A stretch of 18,697 nt of DNA from Candidatus Vampirococcus lugosii. GTDB taxonomy: Bacteria > Patescibacteriota > Gracilibacteria > Absconditabacterales > Absconditicoccaceae. Below are positions 1 to 10,230 of this stretch, in pieces. The notes under the pieces were generated by a model. That model was not told where the DNA came from and did not search any database. It worked only from the letters and a program-made list of their open reading frames with translations. The DNA is taken from NCBI RefSeq assembly GCF_018420025.1, contig NZ_JAEDAM010000012.1:1-18697 (forward strand), in the 5' to 3' direction. Both the position numbers and the translations under genes were made by a program. Numbering within the stretch: the stretch's first letter is position 1; each line of letters starts with the position of its first letter.

Positions 1-3
1 CGC

Positions 4-28
4 AAATCCTTGTCTAAATCAAGGATTT
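4..28 (-). terminator. Candidate operon-end hairpin just 3' of the cas6-like stop: perfect 9-bp inverted repeat AAATCCTTG-N7-CAAGGATTT
   Basis: The inverted repeat is read directly from the sequence and lies 13 nt beyond the stop at 41-43 on the minus strand. The downstream U-tract cannot be assessed because the window ends. Confidence 0.3.
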
Positions 29-40
29 AGAAATTTTGTT

Positions 41-646
41 CTACAAAGATGAGGTATAATACCAAACATATCAAACTAATCAAGATTTAAGATATTTTTT
101 TAATTTTAATTGTTTAGTCATAATTGAAAATTCTCATATATATATATATATATTATTTTTTAAAAAATTTTTAAATTTATTTTCATCATATCATATATTA
201 TATATTTTATTTAATTTTTGATATGTAGAAAAAATAAATTTATCAGGATTTGGTAAAGTATACAAAATATTTCTATTTCTAATAAATGTAGGACTTATAT
301 AATTTATTTTAAATTTTTTAAAATTAACAAAATTAATTTTTTCAATATCAAAAATGTCAAAATCAAAATTTATTTTTTCCAACTCAAATTTTTGTCAATT
401 GATACTAATATTTAAATTTCATTTTGATAATATTTTCTTAAGTATTTCAGAATAAGCATCTTGTCAATTAATTGTAAGTCTAATTTGTAAATGATTATAT
501 TTTATATAAGATATTTTCAAAATTGATTTATAAATTTTTTCATCGTCATCAAAAACATTAAGAATAGCACCCAAAAGATGATAATAATATTCTGTATTTC
601 ATATCTTTTGTAAAGCTTTAAAATTTAATTTTAATAAATATAACAT
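41..646 (-). CDS. cas6: Cas6-like RAMP, putative crRNA-processing endoribonuclease (201 aa, atypically short)
   Basis: Translated with TGA=Gly: MLYLLKLNFKALQKIGNTEYYYHLLGAILNVF...KINYISPTFIRNRNILYTLPNPDKFIFSTYQKLNKIY...KSGLVGYVWYYTSSL*. The layout resembles Cas6, and the gene is last in the csm operon, 14 nt after csm3. It is in frame with track ORF 191..382. No terminal GxGxxxxxGxG loop was found. Confidence 0.5.
136..153. repeat. (AT)9 dinucleotide microsatellite inside the cas6-like CDS
   Basis: 18 nt of perfect AT repeats, encoding IYIYI on the minus strand. Confidence 0.9.
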
Positions 647-660
647 ATTATTTAATTTTA

Positions 661-1281
661 TTAATTAGAAACTATTTCTATTCTTCAATTACCTCTACTT
701 CATCATCATCAAATATAAGTTTTTTGTAAATAATCAATTCATTTTACCAAAATATCTTCAAGCTCTTGTTGACTTATTCAATACTCTCATTCATGAGGTA
801 ATAAAATTATTTGTCATTCAAATTCTACTCAAGCAGGAACTCTTTCTATATGTCTTGGATTAGCAGTTCATTTCAAAAACCTTGGCACAGTATTTTCCGA
901 TTTATCTTCAAAAAAATCAGATTTCATACTTTCAAATTTTTCTTTCCATTCTTCACTAAGATAAAAATCTTCAAATATAATTCTAGAAGATATTTTATTA
1001 TCTTTGTTTGCCATTCAAAAAGCTTTTGAAACTTCAGTATTAATATCTTGTACAGGATTTCATTTTTCATCAATTTTATTAGAATAATCAATCATTTCTA
1101 TTAAACTTCTCATTTTTCATTTAATACTACTACCTGGAATATATGGACATCATGTTAAAGGATTTTTTATTACAGATGAATCTATTCATCAAATTTTAAG
1201 ACCTTGTTCTGATCATCATATATGTAAACCAGTTTTCAAAATTATTTTATATTTTTTAACAATAGGATTTAACATTTTCAT
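661..1281 (-). CDS. csm3: Csm3, the Cas7-family backbone/RNase subunit of the type III-A complex (206 aa)
   Basis: MKMLNPIVKKYKIILKTGLHIGGSEQGLKIGGIDSSVIKNPLTGCPYIPGSSIKGKMRSLIE...ENTVPRFLKGTANPRHIERVPAGVEFEG...YIGGGGSRGNGRIEIVSN*. These are canonical Csm3 motifs, including the Asp of GGID. The frame was verified codon by codon and the length is 621 nt. Confidence 0.9.
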
Positions 1282-1331
1282 ATTTTTTTATAATTTATTT
1301 ATTAAATATTTATTAAAATATTATTTAATTA

Positions 1332-3911
1332 TTATTTAACTATTAAATAATAATTTCAAGTATCTTCCAATAATTCTTTTAATTCTAATGAATCATAATC
1401 TATATCTTTTATCATATTATATATTTCATCAATACTATTTGCACTAATATTTCATTGTCTTGAATTATTTTCAAGTTCTGCTATGATAACAAATCATCAA
1501 TTTTCTACTCAACGAAGATTAAGTGAAATATAATAATAATTTTTTCAATCCAAAGGATCATTAGGTAAACTAGTTAAATATCTAGGAATAAGATAATCTT
1601 GTATTTCATTAATTTTAATCATTCAATCACTTTCTGGATAACTTCATATACTAGAATGATAGATTGCCAAAGCTGTTCAAACTTGTCATAAATGTGATAA
1701 TCTTGCACTATCTCTTTTAGGAGATAAATATTCATAAAAAATATCTTCTGATTCCAAATAATTATCTGGAAAATCTATATTTATATTATCTAAATCTTCA
1801 TAATCATAATTATATGACATATCAAAATTCATAGATTTTAATCATATATTTTCTCAATATAGAAATGCTATCATTCAATTCATTTCTTCTGATATATTTT
1901 CTATATCTATATTTATACTTAATTCATTAATATTTATTATTCATGAATAATCTATTTTCACTCAATTATAATTTGCAATTCATTCAAAATTTACTCATTC
2001 ATTTTCTTTAATATTTATATCAAAATCTATATAAAATAATTCTTCTTTTATTTTTCAAGAAATATTTATTTTGGATTTTTCTGAATGTAATTCTGATAAA
2101 TCTAATGATGTTTCAACATATGTTCTATAATCACCTAAATTTTGATTAAGATAATCTTGATCAATATAATTTTGATAATCTAATAATGCTCTTGAATTTG
2201 TATCTGTATAATTATCTTTATAATTAAATTCAATTTTATTATTTTCATAATAAAAACTATTTTGTAAATCTGTTGATTTTATATATTCAATTCAATTTTT
2301 TGATACTATAATTTCTGTATTTTCATCATCATAATTATATCTTTCATATAAAGAATATTTTCAATTTCCTATATCTTCAACTATTAAATAATAATTTTTA
2401 AAATCTCTTTGAAAATCATCTTTTTTAAAATCATCTTCATCTTCATTAATTAAATATAAAAAATCAATAAAATTTTGATTATATAAAAGTTTATATTTAT
2501 TATCTCATAATTTTTCATAAACTGTAAAAAGTTCTTTATTATTAAGATATTCATATATTTTTTCTTCTTTTTCATTTACTTCATCTATAATTTTTACAAA
2601 TTCTGACAACTCATATCCTATATTATTATATGCTACATTATTATAGAATTCTTCATTTTCAAATTTTATATATTTTCATAAATTTTCATTTATTTTTTCT
2701 TTTATAAGATTATACATTTCTTTTTCTTCACTATACAAAAATTGTTTTAATCAAGAATTCTTAAATTCATTAATTTTAAGATAAAAGTCATTTTTATTTT
2801 GTTTTATATCAATATCATTATTTAATGATACATTTTCTTCTAATAAATCAGTTTCAAGATTAGTATTAAGTTTTATATTTCAATCAATTAAATCTTTTGT
2901 TAAATCATAATTTAAAATATAATCTAAAATAGAATTTAACTTTATATAATTATCTCATTTTGCATCCAAATTTAAAGATAAATTTCATTTTTCTTTACCT
3001 ATACCAATAATTCTATCAGAATTTAATAAATTTTCATTATTACTTCTTATAATATTACTTATTTGTTTTGCATCTTTTGCAATACTTTGTTGAAATCATA
3101 AAATAACATCATCAAATTCTTTTAATCTATTATTATATTTTTCTTCATAAAAATCATTTTTTTGATTTTCTTCTTTTTGAATTTCTTCATTAAAATCATT
3201 AATAATATTATTAACTGTATCTTCACAAGTTTCTTTAATACAATAATCAATTTTTTCTTTTATTTTTTCATCTGTAATTCATACAAATGTTTCATCTCCA
3301 ATAATAGTAAAAGGAACTCATTCTATAACAACTCAAAGTTGTTCTGAAATTTTATTTATTAATTTTCAATTTTCAGAATTATACCAAATTTCAAATTTAT
3401 TTATATTAATTTTATCTTGATATTTTTCACTATTTTCTATATTTTCCCATATTTCATTTTGTTTACTACATGCTGGACATCCATCTCACCAAAAATAGTA
3501 AACTTGTATTGGTCATTTTTCTAATATATTTTTTTCAATTTCATCTTCAATTTCTATTTCTCATTTATTTTCAATTTTTATCTCTCATCATAAATAATTT
3601 ATTCTTTCAACAAATCATTCAATAGCAAAACTTATCATCATATAATCTAATTCCCGAAAATTTCTTTTTTGTTTCACTATTTCTAATTTAGAATAGAATT
3701 CATATAATAAATCTAAATTATTTGTATTTGATAAAACATTTGTTAATTGTTTTTTAAAGTCATCAAAAATATCTTTTTCTTCTTGATTAAGTTCTTTATA
3801 CAAATTATTTGTTATCTCTTTATTTTCTTGTATTATTTCTTGTATATTATTTGCAAAACTTCAATTTGTTAATGTTATAAGCATTATTATTAATATAATT
3901 ATTTTTTTCAT
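1332..3911 (-). CDS. Large secreted protein (859 aa) with an N-terminal signal peptide, a thioredoxin-fold CxxC domain and a C-terminal pilin/pseudopilin-like globular domain
   Basis: N-terminus is MKKIIILIIMLITLTNGSFA/NN. Thioredoxin-like segment is VYYFWGDGCPACSKQ...GVPFTIIGDETFVG, with CPAC at 3468-3479. The C-terminal segment RDSARLSHLGQVGTALAIYHSSIGSYPES...YLTSLPNDPLDGKNYYYISL resembles the core of type IV pilin/T2SS pseudopilin domains. It is in frame with track ORF 3615..3803 and is 2580 nt long. Confidence 0.75.
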
Positions 3912-3943
3912 TTCTTTTTCTTAGTTTATTAATTAAAAATGTA

Positions 3944-4417
3944 CTAATTTGCTTTTGGATTAAAATATTTATGATAAGCAACAAATACTTCCAAAAAATC
4001 TTTAAATTTTTGTTTATCATTTAATTCTTTATAAATTCATTTCAAAAACCTTAAAAATCATTCAGGAAGTAATTTTCTTGTTTCTTGATAACCAACTTTA
4101 GCAAACCATATTTGTATTTTAATATTTTTTTGATTTTCATCTCAAGCTCAATAAATTATATCATAATATGTATCATAAATTTTTCTAATTGATGAAGCAG
4201 ATTTTAGTTTTTCAAAAGAACTTGATACACTTTCAAATCTTTCCAAACTTAAAGAATTTATTAAATCATTTGAATCAAAATTATCTAAATAATTTTTCAT
4301 AAATATTGATTTATTATAATTGTATGATTTATTATAATTATTATTATATGTTTTATTATTTGAATTTTTATTATAAGAATTATTTCATTTGTCAGAATAT
4401 CATGGTATATATATCAT
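3944..4417 (-). CDS. csm2: Csm2, the Cas11 small subunit (157 aa; an alternative start at 4300 gives 118 aa)
   Basis: ...SASSIRKIYDTYYDIIYGAGDENQKNIKIQIWFAKVGYQETRKLLPEGFLRFLKGIYKELNDKQKFKDFLEVFVAYHKYFNPKAN*. This helical pattern and the C-terminal F..vaYhKy are typical of Csm2. The N-terminal 39 aa are low-complexity and N/Y/K-rich. Confidence 0.75.
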
Positions 4418-4445
4418 TTTTTAATTATTAGTTTAATATTTAAAA

Positions 4446-6941
4446 TTATATTTCTCTATTTTCATATATTTGATTTGTCATATTCATAAGTAGTTTATCA
4501 ATTTCTTTGATATTGTATTTAAATCAATTATCAAAACTATTTTTATCAATTTGTCATATAACTTTTTTTATGTTTTCTATCATTAATTTAGCATTATAAT
4601 TTTCTTTTACATTTTTATTTATAGAATAAATAATTTTTGCTCATAAATGAACTATTTTATATAATTCTTCTGGATTTTTAGAATTTTGACTTTCAAAAAA
4701 ATTTCTAATTTCCCAAAGATGATTATATATTCTATATTGTCCTGTGCTTTCCAATCATTCCCAATTGTTTTTGATAATATTAGTTAATTTAATTTCATTA
4801 ATATCACTTATTTTCATATTATCTTGATATATACAAACTCATCTATAAGATAATTTTTCTTCTTCAATAATATTTTTATTATTTAAATTAGATTTATAAT
4901 CTTGTTTTGCAGATTTTAATAAATTTTCTGTATCTTCATAAACTCTTTTGAATGGAGTTTTATTTTTGAATATACTAATTCATAAGCTAAAATGTAATTT
5001 ATCATTATTTGCAATAAATTTTTTGAAGCAATCTTGATAAATATCTGCAAAATTTAATCTATCTTTGAAAGGAAGAACAAAAATAAAATCGTCTCAACCA
5101 CTAAATACTGTATAGACATCAGGAAAAGTATTTTGTAATAATTCTTGAGTAAATTTTCCAAAAAACAATTCCATAAATCTACTAAATTGAACTAATCTAC
5201 TTACACTATAAATATCTTTAAATCAATGAGATAAAATAATACTCATATTATCAATATCTCCACAAATCATAGTAAGATAAGATCTATTTTTACTAGCAAG
5301 TTTATCAAAAGTTTTTACTTCATCTCATTGTATAGGTACATATAAATTTATTGATTTTCATATTAATAATTTATTTTTTTCTGATTTATCTATATTCCAA
5401 TCATTAAATAAAACTTTTAAACTTCATTTTCATTCAAAATCTAAATCAAAAACAAATTTATCATTTTCAATAAAATTTAAATATATACAATTATTTTTTA
5501 CTAATTTTTCACCAATTTCAATTTCTTTTTGACAATGTAAACAAATACTATTATCATAATCATTTTCATCATCGCTATTCGTGTAATTTATTCAACAATG
5601 TTTACACAAAACTTTTCAAGACACTTTTTGATAAGAAAAAATTTTTTGTAAATTTGAAACTGAATAAATACTTGTTTTATTTTGTGATAAATCATCAAAA
5701 AGTTCTTTGAAAGTATTATTAATATTATTTTTTATTTTAAAAATATTTTTTAATAAAACTTCTTTTTCTATAAGATTTATTTTTAAATCTGTATTATAAT
5801 TAAGAATAAAATAATTATTTATTTCATTTGCTATATCTTTAATACTAATCTTTTGATCTGCCAAAATTATAAATTTACCACCTGCATTTATAAGGACATT
5901 AGCAGGAGATAAATCTAATTTATTAATAATATAATGAATTACTGCTTCTGTAAGCATTTGTACTTTAAAAGATCTAGCTCTAAGTCTTTTTGAAAGTTTT
6001 GATTGATTTTTGATTCAATCAAAAATATATTTTTGTATACTAGGAAAATCTCAAGCTATAAGTTTTACTTTTTTTTCAAATACTTTATCTGTATCAGTAT
6101 TTTCTTTTTCATATTTGAAATCTTGGTATACAAATTTAGATTTGTAAAGAACATTTGCAATTGCAACTACAGTTTTGGTATGGTCATATAAAGAAATATC
6201 TCAAATACTTTTGTATGCATCACTTGGAACCATAGTAAAATAATTTTGTAATAATAATTCAAGTTTATATATAAATTCTTTAAATTCTTTATCAGAACTA
6301 TCATTATTTAAGTTTGATTCTGAAATTAAATTTTTTAAATCTTTTTGACAATTTTCATTAAGTTTTTTGAATCAATCACTTATATCTGTATTTCATATAT
6401 TTTTCATCAAATTTTGTAAATAAGCATCTTCAAAACTTCTTCCTTTATCCGTTGGAAAAAAAGATTTTATATTTAATTCTCATAAAGATTTTGGTAAATA
6501 AGTATATTTAGCTTTATTAGTTTTTGTATCTTTAAAAATATTTTCAAAAATACTTGTAAGTCATATATGTTTTATATTTTCATATTGTTTATCTGTAGCT
6601 GTTTCATCTATTCTATCTATTCTTTCATTTGAACTAATATTATCAGCCATATAAACTATCCAAGCTAAATTTTTTGTATTATCATTTTCAAAATTGTAGT
6701 TTTTCCAATCTCTTGCATGATGTAAAGATGCAATTAATCATATTTGTTTCCATAAATCATTAAAATCATTATCAAGCATAAACTCAAAAACTTGTTGAGC
6801 ATGAGCTATTTGATAAGGATTGAATCAATTTTTTGTTTTTGAATTTAAATTTCTATTCTGTCATCATCTTCGCATAAGTTTCCCTAAATCATGAAGATAA
6901 CTAGCTATTATTATTTTGTACAAATCTATATTTTTATTCAT
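4446..6941 (-). CDS. cas10: Cas10/Csm1 large subunit (831 aa) with HD nuclease and GGDD cyclase motifs intact
   Basis: MNKNIDLYKIIIASYLHDLGKL... (HD at 6888-6893), SLYDHTKTVVAIA, KLIAGDFPSIQKYIF, LRARSF, INAGGKF. Zinc finger is CKHCG...CLHCQ. Palm2 has LTMICGDIDNMS and VYTVFSGGDDFIFVLPF (GGDD at 5088-5099). It is in frame with track ORF 5616..5957 and is 2496 nt long. Confidence 0.92.
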
Positions 6942-6957
6942 TTATTTAAATATTAAT

Positions 6958-8139
6958 TTATTTAATTAAATCATTTATTATTTTTAATGTATTATCTTCT
7001 TTTTCAATTAATTTATCTAAATTTTTTAGATGTACTATAGGAACACCTAAAGTATCAAATAAGGCTTTTCCAATTCTATTTTTTAAATTATATGGTGATG
7101 TATATGATTCAATAAAATCATAAGCTTCATTAAACTCTCAATCAATATATTTTGATATCATATATCAGTATACATTTTTAGTTTCTTCTACATCAAAATG
7201 TGATATATCATCAATATCAATATCAATATAATTAATTGATACAATTTCTTCTTCAGAAATAACTTTTTCAATAGCATCATCAACAGTATTTTTGAACATA
7301 TTAAATTCCATTCTAAATGAATTTAAAAGACTCTCTTTATTAATTCTATTCTCTTTAACTATTGATTTTAATTCAATTAAATATTCTTCAGGTATATCAT
7401 ATGTATTAAGTAAAATCTCTATTGTATATATATTATTTTTAATATTCATAACACTAATTAAAATATTTATATATAAATTTGGAGAATCAAAAATAGTTTT
7501 TGAAAGATTATAAGCAATATCAATATATTTTAAGCAAGTTCAGTAATCTCAAATATGACAAGAATATATTGCAACTCCAAGTATATTTTTATTTAATTTT
7601 TTTACATTATCTTTAAGATAGATAATATCTGTATTAATATTTACTGATTTATCTAATTGAAAATGTTCGTAATCATTTAAAATATCATTAACTTCATAAA
7701 CAATTTTTTTAAATTCATCATCATTATAATAATAATCAAATATATTTTCATATTTTTTAATTCAATCTTTAATTATATTAGGTATTTCTTCATTTTCAAA
7801 AAGATTTTCATAATATTCATAATCAGGATTATAATCACCAAAATCATATCAAAAATATGAATTTTCATAAAAACTAAATATTTTTCAAGGTGTAAATCAA
7901 TCTTCACTATTATTATCTAAACTAAAAAGATCTCATTCTCATAATTCTAAAAAATACTCATTAATTACATAAAGTCAATTTTCTTCTTTAGGTAAATTTT
8001 CTACATAATTGACTAACTCAAGTTTAGAAGTATCATAATCAGGTATATTATGTGATCTATGAAGATAAATAAATCATACTATAAATAATAGTACTATAGA
8101 AACTATAAATACAAACAATATTTTTTTAAAAATTTTCAT
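6958..8139 (-). CDS. Membrane-anchored protein of unknown function (393 aa), located between csm4 and cas10
   Basis: MKIFKKILFVFIVSIVLLFIVGFIYLHRSHN... has a single N-terminal TM helix or signal anchor. The rest is acidic and Y/N-rich, with a possible TPR-like helix pair (LGVAIYSCHIGDYGTCLKYIDIAYNL). No RAMP, CARF or nuclease motif was recognised. It is in frame with track ORF 7165..7449, is 1182 nt long, starts 5 nt after the csm4 stop and ends 16 nt before the cas10 start. Confidence 0.7.
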
Positions 8140-8144
8140 TTTAT

Positions 8145-9059
8145 TTAAAATAAGTATCAAAAGTTAAAGCTATTTTCTATTTTATAATAAGTTCATTTAA
8201 GTTTTTCATTTGTGTAAATCAAAGATCATGGATATACAAAATTCATATTTCATTTAAATATATTTTTTTGTGTTGTTTTGGTATTTTTATTTTGTATATC
8301 TAAATTTGATTTATTAAGATCAAAAGTTTTTATTTCTTCTTGTGTTGGCAAATAATTATTTAATATATAATATATTCATTCTTTTTTCATATTTTCTATA
8401 TAATCAAATAATTCTTTTTCTTTATCGTTCAAATCCTCCAATAAGATAGTTTTTATTTTTCAATATCATATTGATTTATATTTCCCAAAACCAACAGTAT
8501 TAAATATAATTTGCATACTATTATAAAATTTTTGTCGCATATTTTCATCATATATTTTTATATACAAAACTATATTTTCATCAAAATAATTTATATTTTC
8601 CAATACATAAGGTGTAGTTTCTCATAAATTAAATCTTGTTGTAAAGTTTTTGAAATGTGAATTTATTTTATATGATGGAATATTTGATTTAAATTTATCT
8701 ACTAATTTTTTAAATTTTTCAAAATCATCTCACTGAAAAAAATAATCAAAAATATTTTTATCTATAGGAAAATATTTTATATTTTTATTTATTTTTCTAT
8801 TTGGTTCATTTTCCAAAATATTATCTAAACTTATATTGCTTCAAATTTTTAATTTAGGATTAAAATAAAAAGGTTTTGGTAAATATCATTCAAAAAATCA
8901 ATTACTAATCAAAAAAGGAGCATTTCAATTATTAAATTCTTGAAAAATATCTTTTAGATTATCAAAATCTAAAGCAAAAATATATCATAATATAGTATCT
9001 GATTCTAATTCAGTAGCAAAACCAGATTTAAAATTTAGTTTAATTTTTTTAATTTGCAT
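8145..9059 (-). CDS. csm4: Csm4, the Cas5-family RAMP that partners Cas10 (304 aa)
   Basis: MQIKKIKLNFKSGFATELESDTILGYIFAL...APFLISNGFFEGYLPKPF...NTVGFGKYKSIGYGKIK...YYILNNYLPTQEEI. These match the Csm4/Cmr3 hallmarks (sDTl, iSsaFP..lPKP, G-rich loop GxGxxxSxGyG). The frame was verified codon by codon to the TAA at 8145-8147. Confidence 0.8.
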
Positions 9060-9076
9060 ATTTAATTTATAATAAA

Positions 9077-10090
9077 TTATTTAAATTCTAATAAAAGCCA
9101 TCATACAGGATTTCAATTTTCATCAAGATATATACTTTTGTCTCAAACTCAAAATGTCCTAGAACTTTTATGATCCATTATTTTTAATCATTTTCTATGA
9201 TTAAATTTGTAAATATGGTCTTCCAAAATTTCTTCCCAAAATATTTTGTAAGACAAACTTTTTTTGAACATTCAAATTTTAATAGGATATTTTCATTGAT
9301 CATATAAATCATTTAACTTATCTATAAAATCAATTCTTATTCAAATATTATCTAAAATTTGTTCTTCTCTTGTTATCAAAATATTTGAATAATCTTTTAT
9401 TTTCTGAATAAAATCATCTCATAAAGAAATATTTTTTTCATTTGGATATATATCAATTTCTATATCAAACTCTCAAGAATTTATAGATTCCAATATTTGC
9501 CATATTCAATGTTCTTTACCTGTATTTGCTTTTTTATTTACTCATAATATTTTTTGAATATATTTTTCATAATTTTTTATTTTAACATCATTGAATCATA
9601 TAAAATTAAATAATTCATTATCTAATTGTTTATTTAGTGAATTAATATATTCTTTATTTTCTATATTTGAATAATCATTATAAAGTTTGTCATATAAAAA
9701 AACAGTCCTAAATATTCCTTTAAGAGTACTTCAAGGTATTATAGGAGTATTAGTAAATTTATCATAAATAAATTTTTTTATTTGTCATTGATTATTTTTT
9801 TCTTTTGCATTTTGTAAAACTTTGATAGCTTCTTTTTTAATTTCAATTCTTTCAATAATTTCAAAATTTGAAATATCGATTTTATCTTTTATTATTTCTA
9901 ATCTTTTAAAATCTCAAAATTGAATACAATTTAATACATCATTAAACTTTTCTTTATTATCAATTTTTTCCAACCAATTATTATTTACAACTAATAATTC
10001 ATTTCATCTTATAAAAAAATCAAATCTTTCATATAATTCTCAATTATTTATATTTATACTACTAAGTATAGAACAAGAAATTTTTTTCAT
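9077..10090 (-). CDS. csm5: Csm5-like Cas7-family RAMP (337 aa)
   Basis: MKKISCSILSSININNGELYERFDFFIRGNELLVVNNNWLEKI...TNTPIIPGSTLKGIFRTVFLY...SSRTFGVGDKSIYLDENGNPVGWLLLEFK*. It has the RAMP motif P.IPGS.lKG..R and a Csm5-type C-terminus (G..pvGW..l). Length is 1014 nt. Confidence 0.7.
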
Positions 10091-10121
10091 TTTTTAAAAT
10101 AAAAATTTTAAATATTAATAC

Positions 10122-10149
10122 ATTCTAATTTTTTTTTAAAAAAAGTCAA
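10122..10149 (-). promoter_or_regulatory. Candidate sigma70-type promoter of the csm operon: TTGACT-16 nt (T6 A9 T)-TAGAAT
   Basis: The minus strand reads TTGACTTTTTTTAAAAAAAAATTAGAAT, and the -10 box lies about 30 nt upstream of the csm5 ATG at 10090. A near-identical motif occurs at 15668. Confidence 0.45.
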
Positions 10150-10167
10150 AACAATTTTTATATTTAT

Positions 10168-10195
10168 TTGAATTTAATATTAATTTATCTATAAT
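10168..10195 (+). promoter_or_regulatory. Candidate promoter for csm6-cas1-cas2: TTGAAT-16 nt-TATAAT
   Basis: Hexamers read directly, 35 nt upstream of the ATG at 10231. Chance matches are common in AT-rich DNA. Confidence 0.35.
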
Positions 10196-10230
10196 ACTAT
10201 ATATTTATAATTAAATAATTTTTTAAAACA

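Noticed and set aside
1-40. The frame reading ...LNPGFRQGFA at the window edge, as a possible missing Cas6 glycine-rich loop reached by frameshift
   Set aside because: It lies in a different frame beyond an in-frame TAG, is too close to the preceding motif, and the sequence is better explained as the 9-bp terminator-like hairpin at 4-28.
523-535. A 13-nt identity (ttgatttataaat) between spacer S13 and the cas6-like gene, considered as possible self-targeting
   Set aside because: The match is only 13 nt of AT-rich sequence with mismatched flanks, which is expected by chance. A systematic spacer-versus-genome search would be needed, and I could not do one by eye.
811-1029. The plus-strand track ORFs 811..1029, 3162..3347, 6003..6191 and 7292..7513, and the minus-strand ORF 10965..11171
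   Set aside because: All lie antisense to, and within, much longer motif-rich genes (csm3, the secreted protein, cas10, the membrane protein, csm6). Their products are low-complexity F/I/K/N-rich strings typical of spurious frames in AT-rich DNA.
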